Source: Podarcis erhardii
Lineage: Eukaryota
Length of the DNA stretch: 64,000 nt
Direction: 5' to 3' (one strand)
NCBI GenBank assembly: GCA_964252035.1
Contig: OZ176201.1
Shown piece by piece: positions 33,932 through 45,315 of this stretch. The translations under genes were made by a program, and so were the position numbers. Every line of letters begins with the position of its first letter. Position 1 is the stretch's first letter. Below the pieces are notes generated by a model. It had not been told where the DNA came from, searched no databases, and saw only the letters and a list, made by a program, of their open reading frames with translations.

Positions 33932-36900
33932 GTGAGATTATTCTACTAATACTAAATAGAATATTCATAAATGTGTTAAATGGTTGCAGAAATAGCAAGA
34001 CTCTGTTGTTTTTGCATGGTTTCTATTCTTAGAGCTGAGGACTTAATTTTAAAAATACACCTCTTGTATATAGTTTATCCTTTGACATTTCAGGCTTCAT
34101 CTCTGAATCATGAATGTTCCGTATAGTGTTTGTCAGAGAAGTAACTATAGGCTAAGAGTGCATCTGTTATGTAGGTAGTTTGCTGTCAAGTTAATGCACC
34201 TGATCAATAAAACAGTTGCAAGAGTGATTATTGAAATAATTCTTTTCTGGGGTGGATAAGTCCTAAAAAAATTGAGCAGCTGAAATGGAATCCCCCCCTT
34301 TTTTTACCATATGGCAATAGCATTATGTTTTCAGTACACAAGTATTGGATCCTAAAACTGGACTATCAGAAAATATGCCTATGGCTTTGTGAAATTTCTC
34401 CGTTCAATAGGAATGCATCTGTGTTTTTTTTAAAAAAATAGTCTACTGGGATTTACAGTTTTCTTACAAAATGTGGAGCTGATCTCCTCCAGCAAGGGCA
34501 ATAGATTTTGGTAGATTATAAGTCATTACTAAAAATAGATATACACTCGCTTCAGACATTGGCCTATGCTGTTCAAATGAGGCCATATGTTATCAGGAAA
34601 GAGGCTGTGTGCTTAAAATGTATTGGGAATTTGTCTCCAGTTTCTGAAGGTTAATTACTATTAAAAACAGCCAGCCATGTAATCAGTGAAAATCTGGACA
34701 ATGGCAATTTTATTTTTTATTTTGGAATTTGTGATTAAGCTTGATGGGTTTAAATTTTTTTTATAAAGAGTATTTTGAAACCTAAGGATTCATGGGTGGT
34801 GTGTGAAAAAGCAAAGATTGCAAAATTTTTGTTGCATTTCTAGGCATGGTATAAGCGAAAAACATGGTGTGACCTAGTTTTGTTGTAATTTGGGATAGGA
34901 AAACCGGTAGATCAGAAGAAACCTATACTTGACTTAAATACAGTCTTAAAGATCTAAATATATTTTATAATCTAGTTATACTGCACAGAGAAGTGGAAGT
35001 TCTTGTATTATCTTGCATGCAGTTCTCTGGTAAAAATACTATCATTAATGAGACTTTTTAGTTCATGCTGCATAGCCAGAAGTCTTGAAATAATTTTTCA
35101 GACTGGAAGTGTATAAAAGGCTCGTGTAGAAGACCAAATTTAACCTTGGAAACCATTAGCACTAGCACTGTCACTGCAGCAAGCTCTGACTTCCTGTTTA
35201 ATTCATTCTGTACCGTGACAACGTAGCTACACTGTGACAGAATAAGACCGTGTCCTTACTCCTGTAGTTAAGGCCTCAAATCTATGAATGTCAGAGATGG
35301 AAATTTTCTGTTGGTGTACTGGCACACCATTTTTGGGTTGCTGCTCTTGGGGCTATGGTCTGTATCTTGACACATGCTTTTCTTATATGGTATTGTGGTC
35401 AAAAATAATTTGTGGCAGTAGGTTGTTGTCTGTTTACTTAAGCAGTAAACAGAAGGCCATGGCAAGACCAAGTCTGATGTTTTCTTGTGCCTAGCAAAAG
35501 AAAGGTATTTTAATGAAATGGTTTCCGGTTTGTCACTGCTTGAGTTCTGTGATGAGCAAGACAAGAGCAGGACTTCAAAAGAAGAACCTAGCACTCAAGC
35601 AAATCCTCTTATGAATTTTAAAATAATCTTGGACATTTACCTTTTCTAGTATAAAATCCATATTGCTTTTTTTCTTTGCACAAATAACTAAAAAATAAAT
35701 GAGTTGGTCCTCTTTGTTCAAGTAAGCATGCAAGGTATATGCAATTCAAAACAAAATGTGCAATATAAAGTGTGTTTGCAAAGCTTTACATAAATGAAAG
35801 GCCCTAAATGCATCAAATCAGGGCTGTCTCTGGACCTATAATTGCCAGAATCTTCTTGGGCCCATGTTTAGTATCACTACACACAAACTATCTTGGCAGC
35901 TATAACAAAATTGCTTAAATAGATGGCAGTGTTACTTGATCGTGACTAACCCATTCACTGGGTGACCTCTTGCTATTTTAACATATCCATACACAAGTAG
36001 CTTCCTAATATAAGTCAGCTCTTCTATAAAGAGGGGTTTTGCAATGTTTATATAAATATAATAAGTGCAGAATCTCTTTTTAGTCTCATCTGAATGCCTT
36101 TTGAAATACAAAATCCATATCCTTGAGGGATTTTCTCTTATAGCGAAAGATCCTCTGTTAGAAGTATAGAGCTGGCTTTCTTTTTGAAGGATGTTGGCTT
36201 TAATGTTTATGTAGATATTTTACAGGAACGTAGTTTAATTATATATATTCACCTATAGTGCAGTTCATTATGACATTATGTATAAATCTAGGGTACTGTA
36301 AACAGGAGGATGGTAACTGGCTGTTAACATGCACTCTGGATAATAGTCCAGTGGTCAGAGTGTTAGGCTCGGGTCTCTTAATTATAAGCACATAGGCCTA
36401 AATTCTTCTGCCACAAATTAGGAATAAGGATTTGATGCTTTAAGGGCACTTGAGAACAAATCAAATTCTACCTACCTTGAACAGTACAGCAGTACATAAG
36501 GACCAAGTGCTTGACTGTTGATATTAATGTGATGCCAAAATGTATGTCCGGTGACATAATCCAGTCCTGCCCCTAGTAACAGCTGTTGGCACTGCTGCAT
36601 CACTGTTTTCCTGGATGGGATGCTGCATTGCTGTATGAGAGTTCCTGTACTGTGCTGCTGGGGAGGAGATCGGAACACAACCAGTTCCACAATGCAGCAT
36701 TTTTGAACTTTGGAGGGATTCCTGGAAGTGTGAAAGCTCATACAATGTATGCAACTAATTATGATTCTTGGGGATATCCCTGGTTGGATATCAAGGATAT
36801 CCCTAGTGCCATCTTATTAGGGTAGGACGCCATTATGTCTGCAGCAGTGTAAAGCAACGTTTGGTCTGCTTCAACTGAAGCGGACCTATAGACTCGGGTT

Positions 36901-39900
36901 GCAAATAAATGTGCCCAGACACTTTAAAGCAGATATGCAGGTTATGTCTCAGCTATAGCCAGTACCAATTCTCCCCTAATGAATAGATATGCAGGCGGGT
37001 AGCAGCTGGACGTGGATGGGCTGGCTTTCCTGCTTGTCTATCTGCCCACATGGTGGTGGTTAAAGGTCTGTAAAATAGTGTGAATTGTCCTTCTGTGGTT
37101 TCTCAACCAAAAAATACAACATAGAGCAATATGAGCTGTGCTTTTGGTTCACTGTTATCTTAGTTCTGGTCTCTAAAGACACAAAGGGAGAAGAAAGCTG
37201 CACACAGAGCCAGTGTAACCTGCAGTGCAGTTTGAATCCAGAAATGCAGCACAGAGCAATAGAGTGAGTGCATGTGGCTCTCTCCCTTTTGCCAGCAGTC
37301 TTTTAAACTATAAAGGGTATGCATGCATTTGACATGCCAGTGCATAGTATTTCTGGCCTGGTAGAATGGGAGATTACTTGTGGCAATGGGAGATTACTTA
37401 CGTTGTTAGGCTTGCTTCAAATGCTGGAGCTTGGTCTTGCAAAAACACAGTGGTGGATAATAGACAGAAAGGTAAGTGATCGCTCTGTATTTGTTTGTAA
37501 GCATGCTGTAAAAGCAAAAACATCATTATGGTTGTAGAAATAACGTCCTGGCTAGAATAATGTTGACTAGATTCTGTAATATGACCTGCTTGTAATTCTC
37601 AAAATACAATGCAGCTGTCAATGCAATATACTTTTACTGAAAAAATGTATGCAAAGCACTTTAAACATTTGAAAATGCTAGATAAACCATGTGAGAAAGC
37701 AGGATATAATTAATAATATAATACTACATGCCATCTCTTTGCAATATTTCCATTTTTAAGAAAGGCACACAAGATCATACCATTTAGCAGAAAATGGAGG
37801 CTGAGTGATTCAACTAAAGATTAATTTTCATATTGATTTAAAAACTTTTTTAAATCCTATGAGTGTAGTGTTAGCTTATTATTCATTGAAGAATAAGAAG
37901 TTATTCTTAAATAGAACTTTATCTTGCATAATAAGGCAACTATTTGGACATCTGAGGAAAAAGTTGGCAATGGTGTGTTATTTTTTGGGGTGTTTCACTG
38001 AACTAAGCGGAGCTTATTTCTGAGTATAAGATTGCACTCCTGGTGTCTTATTGTCTTTTAAAGATCTCATTGTCTTATTTTCCATTGTGTCACTGTTTGA
38101 AGTCAGCAGTATAATAGACTTGGTCATAGCAACTGCTTTTTGCTGATGCTCTGCCCTCATGTTTACAAAGATTTTCTTCTGTATACTTCTTCATAAAAGT
38201 GGGACACCTTGCCTGTTTAGCAATAAAGAAGGTTAAGGTTGAGATTGGAAGATATATTATTGATGACAGAAAGAATGCAATTCTATATACTTAGCTTACA
38301 TTAGAGCAGACTATTGAAATACCTTGAATCTATTAACTGAAAATACATCTGTTAAACATACTCACAGACTTCTTGCTGTTAAGACATTTCAAACAAAAGT
38401 TCAGATTCTGATCTTTTCCCTGGGTAACTCCACTGAAATCTGTAGGCCTGCTTTCCCACAAGTGGTTTCTCAACAGCTAGCAAAGTGTTGATGGTTTTCT
38501 CCTGCTGTGGCTATTTATGATAAAATCTCATAATTTGAATCAAGAGTTGTGAAGACAGATTTAGAATTTTTATCTCATTTGGTCTTAATTTCCCTATCCT
38601 TGAATCACTTCCTGGCACCAGGGTTTTCAAGTGGCCTTTATAAGGAAATTTTGGAATGATTCTCATATTCATGTAAATAAACAAGTTACTCTGATGGACA
38701 GCAAGGAGCTAGGAGGACAACAGGGGACAGCATTTGTTTTATACACTTCCCAAACAGGCCCAAATTGGATTCAGTGCATTTAACAAACAAACAAAAAACA
38801 ACTGGCTATACATGTGCAAGATTTACCTAGAACCAGACTGGGAGAACATGAACAAGTCACTCCAACTCATAAAACTCAAAAGTTGTTCAGCAAGAGTCAG
38901 ACGGTTTTTCTTAAGCAATAAAGGCTTTTGCAATATTTTCCCTCTCTCTTCTTTAATATAGCCAAAACTTCAGTGCATTTAAGAACCTCTATTTAAAATC
39001 ATGTCATTGAAAGAGCTGTGGAAGGAAGGTAGAACATAATGATAGAGACAAGGTACCAACCATGGCGAGAGGGGCTGAAGCAGTCTTTCTGGTCTGTAAA
39101 ATGAAATATTTATATTCCTTTTGCTCCTCTCCTTGCCCTGCATTTTTCAGAGTGGTAGACATGAGTGAGGAAGAACCACTTATCTAGGATACCTCTTAGG
39201 TGATAAGGATTATTTAAATAATAGTTTTTAGATAAGTTTCAGAAACCCAAGACTTGTTTTTAAATTCAGGTGTGTTTATATGTACAGGAGCAGTGCATAA
39301 AATATGATGAGTTAACATAAGCTTATTCTTTAAACAATGCTTCAATTAAATTGCTTACATCATCAGCAAACCTTGTTACTGAAGCCTTAATCTTCAAAGA
39401 ACTCTCACTTTAAAAGACACACCACAGCCTTTGCTACAAGCAAGTTTGTCACACCCAGACAGGCTTTTGATTCTACACTGTTTGGCATTCATGTTGGCAA
39501 TTTATGGATTAGATTGCCTCACCCTGGGAAACACAATATAGAAACATTCAGCAGTAACTATCAGGTGATATGGGTGCAAACTGTGACACATCGTGACCCT
39601 TAGACTCTGTGTATGCATGTTCTACCGAGTAAGAGTAGAATGAAATCGTACAAGCATAGGGACGCCATATGGTGCAAGGGGTTACACAAAAAGTAGATGT
39701 CATAATTTTATGTTCTTCTTGCACCACTGAATTTTTATACAACTGCAGAACCTAGTGCCACTGCTTGAATTACAGGGGTCCAGAATCCTTACCATATGTG
39801 ACATCCTAATAGTGACTATTTTAAAAAACTTTTAGAGACATTATTTGTCTATTTGGCTAAAAGTGGAGAGATTCAGAGAGTAGAGCCTGTGGATTTCATT

Positions 39901-40273
39901 AAGGGCCACCCAACCCTCCCATCAAATGAGCACTGGAAGGGATCTCCCATTTTAAGCATTGCTGTGCTTGTGGAACACAGATGATGACAGGTTTAGTTTT
40001 GAAAGTGCAAGCACTCTGCCTGAATCCAGAGCAAGATTTCACTGCCTACTGCAGGAAAAATTGCTGAAGTTCTAAAGTTGTGTTTGCACCAAAGCTTCTT
40101 GAAAGCAGAGATGTGCCATAATTATTTGTGACTCTTATTTCTAATATGTTCAAGAGTATCACGATGCATGCTCTGTATGCAGCAAACCTCAGGAGTATGC
40201 AGTCTTTATTAGTGCTTTCAGGTTTTTTCTCTTTTAAAGAGCCTTTCTGTCATCTGAAGTATGATTCAAGCTG

Positions 40274-40310
40274 GTGTGTGTGTGTGTGTGTGTGCGCGCG
40301 CATGCGCATG
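40274..40310. repeat. (TG)n-(CG)n alternating purine-pyrimidine tract
   Basis: Directly visible; includes GCGCATGCGC at 40298-40307. Confidence 0.9.
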
Positions 40311-42856
40311 TCTGTGCACACCCACACAATTTTAAAATGGAAATTATGGATTGGTACCAGTGTGTGGAGCAAGAACTCCTGCAAATTTGGCTCAGTTGTG
40401 CAATCTCTGCATTAAAATGTGTCCCCTTGTCCTTTTGGAGGCTGATAAGCAATGGCACATGCTTCAAAATGATTTCAACCTTGAGGAAAGACACCAACCA
40501 TTTTTTTCTCTTTCAAATGAAGTTATAGCACAGTGCAGAATATTAACTGACATCCTTTAGTGTATATTAAGCAAATATCTGATGATTACTACCATCAGTG
40601 TTTAGTTTTACAAAAATCTTTTTTAAACCGTGAGGTTTAATTAATTACTTAGAAGTGTCTTGCATCTTGACTAAATGTACAAAATGCATGATGATACTGG
40701 TATGTCTCTGAGAAACAGCTGCTATTTCTTTATCGGTTGACAGCCTTCTATTCTTTAGTGGTAGAAAGCAGTTATTTAGTAATGTACCGGTAATCTTTAT
40801 TAGTCAGGCTCTTATTGGCACAATTACTTGCTTGTTCTTTGTAGACTTTCCAATTCAGTATCCTTTGAACCACCTGTTAAAGCAACACTACAGATACATT
40901 ATAGCAAACTGCAGTAAATAAACACAAGTGTTCATGCTTTATTGTGCTGCTGATTACCTGTTTACTTATTTATTATGCCCATATAGTCATCAGACTTGAT
41001 TAATTCATTCATATAGGTATTTTGAGGTTAGCACAGTGACTTGATGTGGTGTCCAGTGGGATATTGGTGGAGGGCAATGGCTATTGTTTTCATCCCCCCA
41101 AATAGAGCCAATTTGTGTTTATTTTAAAGGGAAGCTATGCAACCACTCCTCATATTTGACAAACATTGCATCTGTTTTTGTACTTCCCCATCCACACCAG
41201 AATACAAACAACCCCAGAAGAAATGGTCCTTTGGATGGAGAAAACTGGCTCAGTTTCCAGGGGACCTGGGCAAGAGTACACTGTTCCTATTATATAGAAA
41301 AAGAAGTAGGAGCCATGTTGTATGGTAACCCTCTTGTACTGTACCACTTCAGAATGAACACGTGAAGCTCTGCATTGGCATATTAAGCCCTATCTACTCC
41401 AGCTAGCAACAGCTCTCCTAGGGTTAAAAAAAATGGTGCCCTACCCTTGAGCACCCCTCCCGCAATGAAGCAAACATTTGCTTCACAGAGATAAATGGAT
41501 TTTGTTTTTGAGTGTTAAAACGTGAGACAGAAAGTAGAATTGCAACTGACTTGCACATCTCTTCTTTGTACCCTTAGTGGTTGATTTTGAGTTTTTTTGT
41601 TTTGTTTTATTCCGTACTTGTACCTCTAGTGAAACTGTTTGATAGCCAGTTAACATGATTAAGCATGGTTTTGCCAAAGCACAAATCATTTTCTGCGCTA
41701 GGCATGGGACAAGTGGAAGTATGGATGAGGCTTTAGGCTCCTAGTTGCATGCTTATCTTCAGACATACTCCTTCTAGTACTTCTAATAGCAGGGACTATG
41801 TTGCTTCACACTTGCAAAGGATGGGTCCATCCATATGCAGAGTGAGTGGTCATCCTTTGCAAGTGTGAAGCAACATTTCTTAAATTGGGTAGCAGGGACA
41901 TACTATATTCTATTTCTTCTTGGCCATAAGGCATGTTTTATTTCAGAACTGTGCATATGGCAGCTTAATACATTTTTCCTATAAAGCTATCCTGGCTTAA
42001 ATTTCAAGATACTGATTAAATATGAAGAATCCTCCTGGAAAGATGTGAAGTGATCTGTCTATACAGAATGTTAAGAAATTGTTATGGAAGAATACCAGTA
42101 ACTCTAGACATGTCAGCCTTCCTTTGACAAGAAAAGAAAATAGGTTGAGATCTTCCTAGAGGTGGGAGTGGCAGAATAGTTCAGACTATGATGAGATTAT
42201 GTGCTTTAAATTAAATAAGAAGGAACAGAGTGAAGTCAAAAGTCTGTAAAAATAGACAGTGCCCTATTAGTTTTCCTGTAAGTCATGTAGAGGGAACCTG
42301 CACAGCACCCATCTTCTTACCCAATCATATCCATATGTAAGTTAGGTTTGGTGAAAGGCTGCTGAGTTCATCTCATAGGAGTTTCTTGTATCTCCTAAGA
42401 ATGGTCAGACTCTCATTGGTTTTTAAATATATGTCTGCTGAAACGGGATGTAAGAAATGCTCACTTGTCAAAGCTATGCTTTCCTGGATCTCCCTGTGTT
42501 TTTACACAGTGACTTGAATGTCTTCATAACTTTTCTTGATACATGAATACAGATACTGTTGCAAGATGTGGCAGGTCTAAAACTGGCATCATACCTACTT
42601 GATGTTCACAACTCATTAATTATGACAACTGGATGACTAATTCCAAAGAGCTTCAAACCCTAATGCTTGATGTTCAAAATTAAATAGGTTTTTTTTTACT
42701 CAATCACGTGAGTTTTGGCTAGTGCAGAAACTTGCAAGTGCTGTCATTTTGAATACTATTGTCAGTACCCTGGTTATATTAAATGGGAGGGTAATGTCCG
42801 TCTCAGCCATGAGCTCTGCTGACCCATAGCAGAACCCATGAGTTCTCCACTGTACT

Positions 42857-44566
42857 TAGCATATATGATAAGAGTAAGTAGCGTTTTAACTAAAATGGAA
42901 AATGAGCATTCTAAAAATGTTCTTAAAATTTTGCATTGCCTTGGAATGTGGACCATGCTTTTATAGTCTCTCTTTGTTGTTTTGTGAGATAACTTGTTGC
43001 CTTTTTTTTTTTTACCATGGGTGAACTAAGGTTATCTTTCCTGGTTGAGAAGATGGTACCTGTGTAGGCAGTGGCGTAGCGTGGGTTGTCAGCACCCGGG
43101 GCAAGGCAAGTGATTTGCGCCCCCTAACCCGTGGATTTGCGCCCCCTAACCCTAACCCCCAGATGTTGCGCCCCCCCTGCACCCCCCACGCTACGCCACT
43201 GCGGAGTCGTCCGCCATCCTGAGCCAGCGGACCGACCGATCGCTCGCCCGCCCGGAGCCGCTGCGGCCGGAGAGCTGCGCCCGATCGCTCTGCGCCCTCT
43301 GCCCGCCGCTGGCTCTAGGCCAAACCCCGGGCCCGACTCGGGAAGCAAATACCGCGCATGAGAGGAAAAGATGCGCAAACCCCCGGCGCAGGCGCCCCGC
43401 TTGTTGACACGGGAGGGGAGGGGGGGAGAGGAAACGCTGCTGGTGCCGCTGCTCCTCGGCAGCGGCTCCTCCTCTTAGCCCGCCCTGCTTACATTTGCGC
43501 CAATCCCCACCCACTAAAGCCTTCGCGCCTCCCAATGGGAAGCCTTGCCGGGCGGCGGCCTCTGCTGCCTGAGAGTTCTAAAGCCACGCCCACTTTCCCA
43601 GAGACTGGCTGTTCTGAGGGATCCAGGGCAGGACCGGCGTGCGCGCGCGCTTCTTGCTGCCCGGGCGCTTGCTCTAATCCCGCCTTCCCTGGGAGGGGAT
43701 ATATGCATATATGATAAGAGTAATATAGCATATATGATAAGAGTAAGTAGCGTTTTAACTAAAATGGAAAATGAGCATTCTAAAAATGTTCTTAAAATTT
43801 TGCATTGCCTTGGAATGTGGACCATGCTTTTATAGTCTCTCTTTGTTGTTTTGTGAGATAACTTGTTGCCTTTTTTTTTTTTACCATGGGTGAACTAAGG
43901 TTATCTTTCCTGGTTGAGAAGATGGTACCTGTGTAGGCAGTGGCGTAGCGTGGGTTGTCAGCACCCGGGGCAAGGCAAGTGATTTGCGCCCCCTAACCCG
44001 TGGATTTGCGCCCCCTAACCCTAACCCCCAGATGTTGCGCCCCCCCTGCACCCCCCACGCTACGCCACTGCGGAGTCGTCCGCCATCCTGAGCCAGCAGA
44101 CCGACCGATCGCTCGCCCGCCCGGAGCCGCTGCGGCCGGAGAGCTGCGCCCGATCGCTCTGCGCCCTCTGCCCGCCGCTGGCTCTAGGCCAAACCCCGGG
44201 CCCGACTCGGGAAGCAAATACCGCGCATGAGAGGAAAAGATGCGCAAACCCCCGGCGCAGGCGCCCCGCTTGTTGACACGGGAGGGGAGGGGGGGAGAGG
44301 AAACGCTGCTGGTGCCGCTGCTCCTCGGCAGCGGCTCCTCCTCTTAGCCCGCCCTGCTTACATTTGCGCCAATCCCCACCCACTAAAGCCTTCGCGCCTC
44401 CCAATGGGAAGCCTTGCCGGGCGGCGGCCTCTGCTGCCTGAGAGTTCTAAAGCCACGCCCACTTTCCCAGAGACTGGCTGTTCTGAGGGATCCAGGGCAG
44501 GGCCGGCGTGCGCGCGCGCTTCTTGCTGCCCGGGCGCTTGCTCTAATCCCGCCTTCCCTGGGAGGG
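42857..44566. repeat. Tandem duplication: 841-bp copies 42857-43697 and 43726-44566 separated by a 28-bp junction insert
   Basis: Period is 869 bp, and identical ORFs in the track are offset by 869. I found only two substitutions (43229 G/44098 A; 43633 A/44502 G). Confidence 0.97.
43069..43201. mobile_element. 133-bp MITE of the 28794 family in opposite orientation (duplicated at 43938-44070)
   Basis: CAGTGGCGTAGCGTGGG TIRs at both ends and fewer 22-bp units. Its right flank (CGGAGTCG) does not match its left flank (TGTGTAGG). Confidence 0.92.
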
Positions 44567-45315
44567 AGGGTCGGCGGTGGCCGCGAGCGTCTGGGGTGGG
44601 GCGCGCGCTGGCTCTCCCTGGCGGCCCCCGCGCCTGGCGTTCTATCAGCGCGCCCGCCCGCCTCCTCTCTCTTTCCCCACCCATCCTCCACGTGCTGCGC
44701 TCTAACCCGGAGTTAGAAGGGAATTAGAACACGCCCCCCGTGTGGGGTGGTTTTTTTTTTTGCTGCTTCTTCTTTTTTTAGGGCTTTAAAGTTATGCTTA
44801 ATATCTGCAACACATTGAGTGCTCGTCCAGAAAAGTTGAGACTCACCCTCCAGTGCTATGCTCATGAGGCGCTTTCCTTCTCGTTGCTTATGACTTCGTA
44901 GCAGCGGGGGAACCGCCAAAAAAGCCCCTTCGGGCGCGCGGGAGGAGCGAGCCGCCCGCTTTCCCGCCCTCGCCGGCCTCCTGGGGCGCACGCAGCGCTC
45001 GCGCCCTCCGCAGCCCGCCCAAACGCGCGCCAATGCCGGGCGGGCGACGCGCCCCCTCCGGGAAGCGCGATGTAGGCGCCGCTCCTGCACCCGACGGCCT
45101 TTTCTGCAGGGCTTCTAGCTGCAAGCGAGTGTGCGCGCAGAAGGCGGCGCCTGGGCTGGGGAGCGCGCAGCCTCGTCCTTTCCATCGCAGCCAGCACTGT
45201 GAGAGAGAGAGTGAGCCACCAGGACCAGGTAGGGGCAGAGAGCTCCGAGTGCGCCCCCAAAAATGTTGCGCCCGGTGCGGCTGGCACCCCTTGCACCCCC
45301 CACGCTACGCCACTG
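43938..45315. mobile_element. Composite hAT-like element (1378 bp): MITE + ~1.2 kb GC-rich cargo + extra outer terminus
   Basis: 8-bp TSD TGTGTAGG before the left TIR (43930-43937, also 43061-43068) and after the outer TIR CCCACGCTACGCCACTG (45316-45323). Confidence 0.9.

Noticed and set aside
33354-33998. ORFs in alternative and antisense frames over CPEB4 exon 1
   Set aside because: Shadows of the real coding frame.
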